Assembly: GCA_964432915.1 (NCBI GenBank)
Contig: CAYSPL010000014.1
Coordinates: forward strand, 1,676-65,675
DNA from: an uncultured Maribacter sp.
GTDB taxonomy: Bacteria > Bacteroidota > Bacteroidia > Flavobacteriales > Flavobacteriaceae
Direction: 5' to 3'
Length of the DNA: 64,000 nt
The notes under the pieces were generated by a model. That model ran no database searches and was not told where the DNA came from. It saw only the letters and a program-made list of their open reading frames with translations. Shown here one piece after another: positions 47,806 through 57,059 of this stretch. The position numbers and the translations under genes were made by a program. How positions within the stretch are numbered: the first letter of the stretch is position 1; each line of letters starts with the position of its first letter.

Positions 47806-50800
47806 ATGAAATTACGCTACAACCTTCTAGGGCTAGTTCTAGCTGCCCTTTTTCTATTGCCTTTGACTTCTGAGGCGCAAAGACGCAAAAAAGTACAACC
47901 CGTAATAACAGCTTTCGCTGAAGACCTCTACTCGAGCATGCAATACCGGTCTATTGGTCCACATCGTGGTGGACGTTCTGCGGCCGTAACTGGGGTTCCA
48001 GGTGAACCCAATCTCTTTTATTTTGGAGCTACTGGTGGTGGCGTTTGGAAGACCCTCGATGGTGGCCGCAGTTGGGAGAATATTTCCGATGGCTATTTTG
48101 GCGGTAGTATTGGTGCCGTTGAAGTGTCGAAAAGCGACCCCAATGTCATTTATGTGGGTGGGGGCGAAAAAACCCTAAGAGGTAATGTTTCCTCGGGTTA
48201 CGGTATTTGGAAAACGGAAGATGGGGGCAAAACATGGACTTCCGCAGGGCTCAAAAAGAGTCGACATGTACCTAGAATTAGAATCCACCCGACCAATTCA
48301 GATATTGTTTATGCCGCAGTACTCGGAAATATCTACAAACCAACCCAAGACCGTGGTATTTATAAAAGTACCGATGGCGGAAAAACATGGAGCAAAAAAT
48401 TGTTTGTCAATAACCAATCGGGTTTTGTTGATTTGACATTGGATCCTAATAACCCTAGAATATTATATGCTTCTTCATGGCGTGCAAAGCGTACGCCCTA
48501 TAGTTTGAGTAGTGGTGGAGATGGTTCTGCCTTGTGGAAAAGTACCGATAGTGGCGAGACTTGGACAGCGATTTCCAAAAATGAGGGCTTCCCGCAAGAC
48601 ACTTTAGGTATTATCGGGGTAACCGTTTCCCCAAAAAACTCAGAGCGTGTTTGGGCCATTGTGGAGAACAAGGAAAAAGGGGGACTCTATCGTTCTGAAG
48701 ATGGGGGTAAAAAATGGACACAAGTTAATAGTGAGCGGAAACTGCGTCAACGTGCTTGGTACTATACCCGTGTTTATGCAGATACCGAAGATGAAGATGT
48801 GGTGTATGTTCTGAACGTACGCTATCACAAATCTACCGATGGTGGTAAGAGCTTCAATACTTTCAACGCACCACATGGCGACCATCATGATTTGTGGATT
48901 TCGCCTGAAAATTCAAAACGCATGATCATTGGTGATGACGGTGGGGCACAGGTCAGTTATGATGGAGGCGAAACTTGGAGCACCTATTACAACCAGCCCA
49001 CCGCTCAGTATTATCGCGTAACAACTGATAATGCAACGCCTTACCGCATTTATGTGGCCCAGCAAGATAACTCCACTTTACGGGTAAACCACCGTTCAGA
49101 TGGAGGCGGAATCAGCGAAGACGATTGGGAGCCGACAGCAGGAGGTGAATCAGCACATATTGCCATTGATCCCACTGATAATGATATTGTGTACGGTGGT
49201 AGTTATGGTGGATTTTTAACCCGTGTTAATCACAAAACAGGAACCGTAAGAGGTATCAATGTATGGCCCGATAACCCTATGGGATATGGTGCAGAGGGAA
49301 TGAAATATCGTTTTCAATGGAATTTTCCGATTATGTTTTCTAAGCACGACCCCAAGAAATTGTACACCTTTTCACAGCATGTACATAGGAGCACCAACGA
49401 AGGGCAAAGTTGGGAAATTTTGTCTGATGATTTGACCCGCAATGACCCTTCTAAATTGGTTTCAAGTGGGGGGCCAATCACCCAAGATAATACCGGAGTA
49501 GAATACTACTGTACCATTTTCGCGGCAAATGAGAGTCCGTTGAAAGAAGGCTTGCTATGGGTGGGCAGTGATGATGGTTTGGTTCACGTTTCTCAAGATG
49601 GAGGGGCAAATTGGTCAAATGTCACGCCAAAAGGAATGCCCGAATGGATGATGATCAACAGTATTGAACCTTCGGCCTTTGACGAGGGAGCATGCTATGT
49701 GGCAGGCACGCGATATAAGCTTGGTGATTTCAAACCATACCTCTACAAAACCACGGATTACGGAAAAACATGGAAAAAAATAACGAACGGTATAAATTCA
49801 GAGCATTTTACGCGAGTGATTCGTGAGGATCCAAAAAGAAAAGGTTTACTCTATGCAGGCACCGAAACAGGAATGTATATTTCTTTTGACAATGGAGCAA
49901 ATTGGAATCCGTTTCAGTTGAATCTGCCGATTGTTCCGATTACCGATTTGGCCATTAAAGAGAACAACCTTATCGTAGCCACCCAAGGAAGAAGTTTATG
50001 GATTTTAGATGACCTTACCGTACTACATCAATTGGATGCGACGAAGAAAAGTATGGGGGCTATTTTGTATGCGCCAAAAGACGCGTTGCGAACCAAAGGT
50101 GGAGCGGCAAGTAAACCATCAAAAACACAGGGTATGAATCATCCGAACGGGGTAATTACGCATTTCTATCTAAAAAATTTCAATAAGAAAAAGGACACGG
50201 TGCAATTGACGTATACTACAATGGCAGGAGATACTTTGGCCAATTTTAGCACTAAAGCAAAGGATAAAAAATTTGTGCTGAGGGAAGTCGAAGCAGGAGG
50301 TAATACCCAAGTCTGGGATACCCGTGGCGAAAAAGCAGAAACTTTAAACGGAATGATTTTCTGGTGGGCCAATTTTTCGGGTCCAAAGGCAGTGCCAGGC
50401 ACTTACAAAGTTCATTTAAATGTCAATGGCTCAAATCAAACGCAAGAATTTAATATTATTCCGGATCCCCGCGCTGAGGCATCTGTTGCTGATATGCAAA
50501 AGCAACATGATTTCATTTCCGCAGTGAATGCCACGATCAATCGGGCACATGGTTCGATCAAGAAAATTCGTGGGGTCAATGCCCAGTTGGATGCCTTTAC
50601 CAAACAATATGCCTGGACTCCGCCCAGCACAGGCGTCGACAAAGAAGCAATAAAGGAATTGGTAGAAAAAGCCAAAACCATGAAAGAAGAGTTTGGAAAA
50701 ATCGAAAAGGCACTGTATCAGACTAAAAATAGGAGTAGACAAGACCCATTGAATTTCCCTATTCGCTTGACCAATAAGTTAGGCCATTTGAACAGCCTAG

Positions 50801-50973
50801 TGGGCTTGGATGACTTTCCGCCCACTGATCAAGATCTTGCCGTTCAAAAAGAATTGACCGGAAAAATTGAAACCCAATTGAAGGCTTTTGATGCCATGCT
50901 CGATTCTGAATTGAAAGAATTCAACAAGGCGTTTAATGAACTGAATTTGAATTATTTGTTTGTTGAGGAGTAG
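47806..50973 (+). CDS. Secreted BNR/Asp-box (VPS10-like) glycosyl hydrolase-like protein
   Basis: 1055 aa; signal peptide, RSIGPHRGGRS, many T.DGG.TW repeats, helical C-terminus. Confidence 0.88.
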   Translation: MKLRYNLLGLVLAALFLLPLTSEAQRRKKVQPVITAFAEDLYSSMQYRSIGPHRGGRSAAVTGVPGEPNLFYFGATGGGVWKTLDGGRSWENISDGYFGGSIGAVEVSKSDPNVIYVGGGEKTLRGNVSSGYGIWKTEDGGKTWTSAGLKKSRHVPRIRIHPTNSDIVYAAVLGNIYKPTQDRGIYKSTDGGKTWSKKLFVNNQSGFVDLTLDPNNPRILYASSWRAKRTPYSLSSGGDGSALWKSTDSGETWTAISKNEGFPQDTLGIIGVTVSPKNSERVWAIVENKEKGGLYRSEDGGKKWTQVNSERKLRQRAWYYTRVYADTEDEDVVYVLNVRYHKSTDGGKSFNTFNAPHGDHHDLWISPENSKRMIIGDDGGAQVSYDGGETWSTYYNQPTAQYYRVTTDNATPYRIYVAQQDNSTLRVNHRSDGGGISEDDWEPTAGGESAHIAIDPTDNDIVYGGSYGGFLTRVNHKTGTVRGINVWPDNPMGYGAEGMKYRFQWNFPIMFSKHDPKKLYTFSQHVHRSTNEGQSWEILSDDLTRNDPSKLVSSGGPITQDNTGVEYYCTIFAANESPLKEGLLWVGSDDGLVHVSQDGGANWSNVTPKGMPEWMMINSIEPSAFDEGACYVAGTRYKLGDFKPYLYKTTDYGKTWKKITNGINSEHFTRVIREDPKRKGLLYAGTETGMYISFDNGANWNPFQLNLPIVPITDLAIKENNLIVATQGRSLWILDDLTVLHQLDATKKSMGAILYAPKDALRTKGGAASKPSKTQGMNHPNGVITHFYLKNFNKKKDTVQLTYTTMAGDTLANFSTKAKDKKFVLREVEAGGNTQVWDTRGEKAETLNGMIFWWANFSGPKAVPGTYKVHLNVNGSNQTQEFNIIPDPRAEASVADMQKQHDFISAVNATINRAHGSIKKIRGVNAQLDAFTKQYAWTPPSTGVDKEAIKELVEKAKTMKEEFGKIEKALYQTKNRSRQDPLNFPIRLTNKLGHLNSLVGLDDFPPTDQDLAVQKELTGKIETQLKAFDAMLDSELKEFNKAFNELNLNYLFVEE

Positions 50974-51006
50974 GTATTAGAGATTTTTGAAAGATAAAAA
51001 GAACAG

Positions 51007-51048
51007 GTCCTTCCCTGCAAAGGGGAGGTGCCCACAGGGCGGAGGGGT
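51007..51048 (+). repeat. REP-like unit A1 of the left inverted doublet
   Basis: GTCCTTCCCTGCAAAGGGGAGGTGCCCACAGGGCGGAGGGGT; 41 of 42 nt identical to 51532-51573. Confidence 0.95.
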
Positions 51049-51094
51049 CTTGGTAAGTTAATCTAAAAAGTTGAATCATTCGAGTTTCTAGCCT

Positions 51095-51139
51095 CTACCC
51101 CTCCGGCTGTCGCCACCTCCCCTTGAAAAAGGGGAGAAC
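51095..51139 (-). repeat. REP-like unit B1 of the left inverted doublet
   Basis: CTACCCCTCCGGCTGTCGCCACCTCCCCTTGAAAAAGGGGAGAAC; inverse orientation to A1, near-identical to 51621-51666. Confidence 0.93.
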
Positions 51140-51161
51140 CCATAGATTCAACTTTAGTATA

Positions 51162-51530
51162 ATGCCTGAAAAACTTAACAATCATAAATACTTAAAAGAG
51201 TTTAGAAAAGAGTTACGTAACAATCCAACAAAAGCTGAATCACAATTGTGGAAAGTGCTTCAAAAGAAGCAGTTAAATAGAAGAAGATTTAGACGACAGC
51301 ATAGCATTGGAAATTACATTCTTGATTTTTATTGTCCTGAAGAGAAATTAATAGTAGAACTTGATGGTCAGGTACATGACAATTTTGTAAATCAAGAATA
51401 CGATAGAAAAAGAGCAGAGTTTTTAGAGAGCTTAGGCTTTAAAGTTTTGCGTTTTGAAAACCATTTAGTCTTTGAACAATTAGACATGGTTCTAGAGGCC
51501 ATTAGAGCAGAATTTAAACTTGAAAAATAA
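51162..51530 (+). CDS. DUF559 family (Vsr-like) endonuclease domain protein
   Basis: 122 aa from ATG 51162; PTKAESQLW, FRRQHSIGNYILDFYC, IVELDGQVH, YDRKR, GFKVLRFEN. Confidence 0.92.
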   Translation: MPEKLNNHKYLKEFRKELRNNPTKAESQLWKVLQKKQLNRRRFRRQHSIGNYILDFYCPEEKLIVELDGQVHDNFVNQEYDRKRAEFLESLGFKVLRFENHLVFEQLDMVLEAIRAEFKLEK

Positions 51531-51531
51531 A

Positions 51532-51573
51532 GTCCTCCCCTGCAAAGGGGAGGTGCCCACAGGGCGGAGGGGT
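51532..51573 (+). repeat. REP-like unit A2 of the right inverted doublet
   Basis: GTCCTCCCCTGCAAAGGGGAGGTGCCCACAGGGCGGAGGGGT, starting 2 nt after the DUF559 stop. Confidence 0.95.
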
Positions 51574-51620
51574 TTTGTTGAAGTTGTCGAGAAGTTTTAG
51601 AAAATTTCAATATTGAATCG

Positions 51621-51666
51621 CTACCCCTCCGGCTATCGCCACCTCCCCTTTTTTCAAGGGGAGGAC
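51621..51666 (-). repeat. REP-like unit B2 of the right inverted doublet
   Basis: CTACCCCTCCGGCTATCGCCACCTCCCCTTTTTTCAAGGGGAGGAC. Confidence 0.93.
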
Positions 51667-51708
51667 GCTAGTAAAGAAATAGAATATTAAAAATTAAGAA
51701 TACCCAAT

Positions 51709-54700
51709 ATGAAAAACCTAAAACTCCTAATCCTAGCCATTTTAACCACAACAATTACCTTCGCTCAAACGGCTGAAGAGTACTTCAAACCCATGAAATT
51801 CAGGAATATCGGTCCGTTTAGGGGCGGCCGCTCCGTTTCAGCATCTGGGGTTATTGGCGATCCCATGACCTATTATATGGGTACCACGGGTGGCGGACTT
51901 TGGAAGACCGAAGATGCGGGCCAGCGTTGGTACAATATTTCAGACGGTTATTTTGAAATGGGTTCGGTGGGTGCCGTTGCGGTTTCTACCTACAATTCAA
52001 ATATTGTTTATGTGGGCATGGGCGAGCATGCACCGCGAGGGGTTATGACTTCCTATGGAGATGGGGTTTATAAATCTACCGATGCCGGAAAAACATGGAA
52101 GCATTTGGGATTGGGGAAAACACATCACATTTCACGAATAGTCATTCATCCCACCAATCCAGATATTGTTTATGTGGCGGCACAAGGGCAATTGTATGGC
52201 CCCAACAAAGAACGCGGAATTTATAAATCTACCGACGGGGGAAAATCTTGGAAAAACGTGCTTTTTGTCAATGATTTGACAGGATGCTCTGAACTTTCAA
52301 TCGATGCGAATTATCCTGAAATTATGTATGCCGCCATGTGGCAGCATCAACGCAAACCGAATATGGTAATCAGTGGTGGCGAAGGCAGCGGATTATACAA
52401 ATCAACAGATGCCGGCGAAACATGGACGGAGATGACCGAAGGTCTTCCTGAAGAAAAAGGAAAAATGGCGATTTCTGTGAGTCCGGCGAACTCCAACAAA
52501 GTGTATGCGTTGATTGAAAGCGATTCGAATCAAGATAAAGGCGGACTCTTCGTTTCAAACAATGCTGGGAAATCGTGGCGCATGGTCAGTGGCGATAATA
52601 GATTGGTGCAGCGTGCTTGGTACTATATCGAAGTATTCACAGATCCCCAAGATGAGGATATTGTGTATGTCTTGAGTGCTCCGGCACTTCGTTCTTTGGA
52701 TGGCGGTAAAAACTGGGAACGTATTACTGGCACCCATGGCGATTTTCATGATTTATGGATCAATCCGAAAAATTCGTTGAATATGGTCATTGCCAATGAT
52801 GGTGGTGCGGCGGTTACTTTTGACTTCGGAAAAACATGGTCGTCACAAGTGAACATGCCCACCGGGCAGTTTTATCGCATCAACACAGACAATCTTTTTC
52901 CGTATAACATTTATGCCGGTCAGCAAGACTATTCTTCGGCCATGATTGCCAATATGTCCGTTGGAAGAGGGGGCATTACCATGTCTGATTTTAGTCCGTC
53001 TGCTGGTGGTGAAAGTGCCTTTTTGGCCTTTGATCCAGATAACCCAAGGTATGTGATGGGGGGAAGTTATTTAGGCACTATTGATGTTTTGGATATGGAA
53101 TCAAAAGCATCGACCCAAGTCATGGCAGCGCCCATTCAGTATTTGGGAAGGGAAGCGCGAAATATGAAGTATTTGTACAATTGGAATGCCCCGACCTTGC
53201 GTTCGCAGCACGAGGAAAATACATTTTACCATGGCGCACAGTTGCTTTTGAGAACACGAGATATGGGGGTAACCTGGGAAGAAATGTCTCCTGATTTGAC
53301 TCGTGATATCGATGCGAAACAAGGCAATGGAGGCGGCCCCTACACCAATGAAGCTGTAGGAGCGGAGAATTATGGTACCTTGGCCTACGTATTGGAATCG
53401 CCTCACGAGGCGGGTATCTTTTACACGGGTAGTGATGACGGATACGTGCACATTACCAAAGACAATGGCGAAAGTTGGCAGAACATAACACCCAAAAACT
53501 TGGGCGAATCTTTGGTCAATGCGATCGAAGTGTCTCCGCATGACAAGGCAACGGTTTATTTGGCGACTACAAAGTACAAGTTCAACGATCATACGCCGGC
53601 GATTTACAAGAGTACTGATTATGGAAAAACATGGATGAATATTTCTTCAGGAATTCCCTATGGATCTTTTACAAGAGTGGTGCGTGAAGACCCGATCCGT
53701 AAGAACTTATTATACGCAGGTACTGAAAAGGGGCTTTATATTTCATGGAATGGTGGAAAAAGCTGGAAACCTTTTCAGTTGAACTTGCCAAAAACCCCAA
53801 TAACCGATATCAAAATACATCAAGGCAATTTGATTGTGGCAACTTCAGGAAGGGCCTTTTGGATTTTGGATGACCTTTCGATGCTAAGTAGATATCAACC
53901 CACCGAAAAGGGCATGAAATTGTATCAACCCAATGATGCCATGAACGGTCCTTGGTATGGTCCTATGAGCGGAAATATTGATAATTTTAAGGGAATGAGT
54001 GTTTGGTCTGGAATAAATCCCGCAAACGGAATGGTATTGTTTTATGAACTACCTGAATTGAATGATAGTATTCCTTTGACCATGGAAATCAAAGATACAA
54101 ACGGAAAGCTCGTGCGAAGTTTTTCCTCAGAAAAAGATAAAAACTACAAACCGCACAATGGCGGTGGACCTAGAAGGGCGCCCACTTTGCCAAAGAAGAA
54201 AGGTTTGAATCGATTTGTGTGGAATATGCAAACACCTATTTTGCCTGGTGTACCCAACACCTATATTGAATCGCGATTCTCAGGACATGTTGTGCCTCCA
54301 GGAACCTATACTGTTAACCTGAAAGCGGGTCAACAATCGGCAACGACTACCGGAAAGATTGTGGCCATGCCTACCTATAAAACTACTCCCGAACAATATG
54401 CCGAGTACCATGCCTTTATGACTGAGATGGAGGCACGCCTAACAGAAATGCATAACACTGTGAATTCACTTTACAAGGCAAAACAGCAAATCGAAGAGGT
54501 ATTGAAAGATATAAATGATGAAATGGTCAAATCGGTTGGAGAAAAGCTATTAAAAGATCTCGATGCTTGGGATAAAGACATGATTCAACGTAAATCTAAG
54601 GCCTATGATGATGTGGAGAACTTCCCCAATAAATTTACGGCGGAGTATCTCTTTTTGATCGATGCGACCAACAGTACTATTCCGAGAGTGAACCAAGCTT

Positions 54701-54834
54701 CCAAAGACCGTAAGTCAGAACTTGATGCGCAATGGAAAACATTGAAAAGTAGGGCTGATGTATTCAAGAACACAGAAATTCCTGCATTCAATAATAAACT
54801 TTGGGTATCTGGAGTTGGTGCCATTAGGTTTTAG
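51709..54834 (+). CDS. Secreted BNR/Asp-box (VPS10-like) glycosyl hydrolase-like protein, paralog of 47806-50973
   Basis: 1041 aa; [35 protein letters not shown] shared with the upstream paralog. Confidence 0.88.
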   Translation: MKNLKLLILAILTTTITFAQTAEEYFKPMKFRNIGPFRGGRSVSASGVIGDPMTYYMGTTGGGLWKTEDAGQRWYNISDGYFEMGSVGAVAVSTYNSNIVYVGMGEHAPRGVMTSYGDGVYKSTDAGKTWKHLGLGKTHHISRIVIHPTNPDIVYVAAQGQLYGPNKERGIYKSTDGGKSWKNVLFVNDLTGCSELSIDANYPEIMYAAMWQHQRKPNMVISGGEGSGLYKSTDAGETWTEMTEGLPEEKGKMAISVSPANSNKVYALIESDSNQDKGGLFVSNNAGKSWRMVSGDNRLVQRAWYYIEVFTDPQDEDIVYVLSAPALRSLDGGKNWERITGTHGDFHDLWINPKNSLNMVIANDGGAAVTFDFGKTWSSQVNMPTGQFYRINTDNLFPYNIYAGQQDYSSAMIANMSVGRGGITMSDFSPSAGGESAFLAFDPDNPRYVMGGSYLGTIDVLDMESKASTQVMAAPIQYLGREARNMKYLYNWNAPTLRSQHEENTFYHGAQLLLRTRDMGVTWEEMSPDLTRDIDAKQGNGGGPYTNEAVGAENYGTLAYVLESPHEAGIFYTGSDDGYVHITKDNGESWQNITPKNLGESLVNAIEVSPHDKATVYLATTKYKFNDHTPAIYKSTDYGKTWMNISSGIPYGSFTRVVREDPIRKNLLYAGTEKGLYISWNGGKSWKPFQLNLPKTPITDIKIHQGNLIVATSGRAFWILDDLSMLSRYQPTEKGMKLYQPNDAMNGPWYGPMSGNIDNFKGMSVWSGINPANGMVLFYELPELNDSIPLTMEIKDTNGKLVRSFSSEKDKNYKPHNGGGPRRAPTLPKKKGLNRFVWNMQTPILPGVPNTYIESRFSGHVVPPGTYTVNLKAGQQSATTTGKIVAMPTYKTTPEQYAEYHAFMTEMEARLTEMHNTVNSLYKAKQQIEEVLKDINDEMVKSVGEKLLKDLDAWDKDMIQRKSKAYDDVENFPNKFTAEYLFLIDATNSTIPRVNQASKDRKSELDAQWKTLKSRADVFKNTEIPAFNNKLWVSGVGAIRF

Positions 54835-54889
54835 AAGTTCAGTATTCTTGGTTCAAGGTTGTTTCAGTAACTTTGAACTTTAAACCCTA
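54835..54889. repeat. Opposed degenerate heptamer arrays upstream of hemJ
   Basis: AAGTTCA..TGGTTCA AGGTT facing AACTTTG AACTTTA AACCCTA; AAGTTCA and TGAACTT are exact inverses. Confidence 0.5.
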
Positions 54890-55443
54890 TCCTAATCGAG
54901 TACTACAACTATATAAAAGCACTTCACCTCATATTTGTGGTAACCTGGTTCGCGGGTCTTTTTTATATTCCTAGATTGTTTATTTACCAAATCGAAGCTT
55001 CTGAAAAACCTTCTCCAGAAAAAGAAATTCTGACCAAACAGCTGCAGTTGATGACCAAGAGACTTTGGAATATCATAACCTGGCCGTCGGCGATTCTCTG
55101 CACCTTATTAGCATTGATTATGCTTCACTTGAATCCTTCATTGATTCATTTGCCATGGATGCAAGTCAAACTAGGCTTTGTGGTCTTGCTTTTTAGCTAC
55201 CATATCAAAAACCATATGATTTACAAACAATTACAGAACAATGAAATCAAATACACGAGCAACTACATGCGTATTTGGAACGAGGGTGCAACCTTGATTT
55301 TGTTCGCTGTGATATTCTTGGTCATTTTGAAAAGCGCCTTTAATTGGATATATGGGGTAATCGGATTAGTGGTTTTAGGAACCCTACTGATGTTGGGAAT
55401 TAAGCTTTACAGGAGAATTCGAGATAATAATCCGGAAGCTTAG
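54889..55443 (+). CDS. hemJ: Protoporphyrinogen IX oxidase HemJ (CopD-like); true start unclear
   Basis: Frame extends upstream of GTG 54937 as ILIEYYNYIKALHLIFVVTWFAGLFYIPRL; also WMQVKL, RIWNE motifs; no ATG before the upstream TGA at 54874. Confidence 0.85.
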   Translation: MLIEYYNYIKALHLIFVVTWFAGLFYIPRLFIYQIEASEKPSPEKEILTKQLQLMTKRLWNIITWPSAILCTLLALIMLHLNPSLIHLPWMQVKLGFVVLLFSYHIKNHMIYKQLQNNEIKYTSNYMRIWNEGATLILFAVIFLVILKSAFNWIYGVIGLVVLGTLLMLGIKLYRRIRDNNPEA

Positions 55444-55444
55444 T

Positions 55445-55479
55445 CAAATTCCATATCTCAAACTCCAAATTCCAAATAC
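55445..55479. repeat. 7-bp tandem array (5 units) after the hemJ stop
   Basis: CAAATTC CATATCT CAAACTC CAAATTC CAAATAC. Confidence 0.7.
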
Positions 55480-55591
55480 TTTCTTTTTAACATGGTCTGA
55501 ATTTTGATGTTATAGTTGGGAGATAAGAAACTCAATTATGAAATTTATGGCATAGCCATTATTGCTATCTTTGAGTACAAACACCCGTACT

Positions 55592-57058
55592 TTGTTTAAA
55601 ATACCATCGCTCAGATCACGGATTTTTTTCTACATGATTCTATTGGTACTGATTGCTTCAGTTTTGATAGCGGGGGTAACCATTTATCAGTATCGAGAGC
55701 AGTCTAAAGACTATCATGAGGATCGTCTTGAAAGAAAGGAAACTCAGATCAAGCAGAGTATAGATTATACCCTTAAGGAAACCACTTATCCGCAGACCAC
55801 TGAAAATTTGAACTTGATTTTCATGGATGAGATCTTTGAGATTGCGGATGTTCAAAACGTCAATTTCAATATTTATGATCTTGATGGCCAATTGATCAAA
55901 AGTTCTCGCCCAAAGTTGGAGAAAGATTCAATTTCCAATTGTTTGGATGCTGAGGTGCTCAACAATTTGAATGCCAGTGCTGAACGACGTTATGTTGAGG
56001 AAAATTCATCTGCGGGGGAAAAGTACAAGGCCTCCTATACCTATATAAATGACAGTAAATTTAAACCGATCGGTATATTGAACCTGCCCTATTTTGAGGA
56101 TAACTCTTTCAATGAAATGGAGCTTCGGGAATTCATGTTCAGGTTGGGTGGTGTTTATTTATTGATGCTGTTCATGGCCATTGGTTTGGCCTATTTTATT
56201 TCAAAATACATTACCAGATCTTTACAGACGGTTTCAGACATGATGACCAAGACTGATTTGACCAGAAGTAATGAGAAAATACATATCAAAGACCCAAGTC
56301 TCGAGGTGGGCAAATTGGTTGACTCTTATAACGCCATGATTGACGAATTAGAGGTAAGTGCCGCTAAACTGGCAAGAAGTGAGCGTGAGCAGGCGTGGCG
56401 TGAGATGGCCAAACAGGTGGCCCATGAAATCAAGAATCCTTTGACCCCCATGCGTTTGAGTGTTCAGAGTTTTCAACGAAAATTTGACCCTAATGACCCT
56501 GATATTGATAACAAGGTGGAGGAGTATTCCAAAACCTTGATTCAGCAGATTGATACCATGAGCAATATCGCAGGTGCCTTTTCAAATTTTGCCGAAATGC
56601 CAGCCCAGCAGAATGAAACTTTGAACGTGGTTGAAATTGTAAAATTGGCGCTGGATATTTTTACCGAAAAATACATTCTTTTCTCCACAGAGGAAGAAGT
56701 GATCATTGCGAAGCTAGATCGCACACAGTTGATTCGAGTGGTCACAAATTTGGTCAAGAATGCGATTCAGGCCGTTCCAGAGGTTGAAGCACCGCGGATT
56801 TTGGTTTCCGTGGCTTCAGAAAATGAGTTCGTCAAAATTTCGGTTGCTGATAATGGGGTGGGTATTTCAGACGAATTCAAAGAAAAGATTTTTGAACCTA
56901 AATTCACGACTAAATCCAGCGGAATGGGACTCGGTTTAGGCATGGTTAAAAATATTGTAGAAACTTATAAAGGAACCATAGATTTTACCTCTCTGCCTGA
57001 AAAAGGAACCGTATTCACAGTGCGGCTTCCCAAAGAAAATGAACCTGTGAAAAAATAA
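55592..57058 (+). CDS. Sensor histidine kinase (NtrY-like, HAMP-HisKA-HATPase)
   Basis: Two TM segments; AWREMAKQVAHEIKNPLTP, NLVKNA, DNGVG, FTTKSSGMGLGL; start set at TTG 55592 after TATCTTTG box at 55566-55573. Confidence 0.93.
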   Translation: MFKIPSLRSRIFFYMILLVLIASVLIAGVTIYQYREQSKDYHEDRLERKETQIKQSIDYTLKETTYPQTTENLNLIFMDEIFEIADVQNVNFNIYDLDGQLIKSSRPKLEKDSISNCLDAEVLNNLNASAERRYVEENSSAGEKYKASYTYINDSKFKPIGILNLPYFEDNSFNEMELREFMFRLGGVYLLMLFMAIGLAYFISKYITRSLQTVSDMMTKTDLTRSNEKIHIKDPSLEVGKLVDSYNAMIDELEVSAAKLARSEREQAWREMAKQVAHEIKNPLTPMRLSVQSFQRKFDPNDPDIDNKVEEYSKTLIQQIDTMSNIAGAFSNFAEMPAQQNETLNVVEIVKLALDIFTEKYILFSTEEEVIIAKLDRTQLIRVVTNLVKNAIQAVPEVEAPRILVSVASENEFVKISVADNGVGISDEFKEKIFEPKFTTKSSGMGLGLGMVKNIVETYKGTIDFTSLPEKGTVFTVRLPKENEPVKK

Positions 57059-57059
57059 G

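Larger units (their letters stand above)
51007..51666. mobile_element. Candidate REP-doublet-flanked DUF559 cassette (REPtron-like element)
   Basis: Layout [A-46 bp-B]-DUF559-[A-47 bp-B]; the whole unit begins GTCCTTCCCT and ends AGGGGAGGAC (terminal inverted repeat); mobility is inferred, not shown. Confidence 0.55.

Noticed and set aside
51123-51161. N-terminal extension MKKGRTHRFNFSI of the DUF559 ORF
   Set aside because: The TTG start lies inside repeat B1; ATG 51162 gives the typical family length.
51007-51666. CRISPR array or classical IS element
   Set aside because: Units alternate in orientation and enclose a gene, no cas genes are present, DUF559 has no DDE or HUH motif, and no target-site duplication is evident at the ends.
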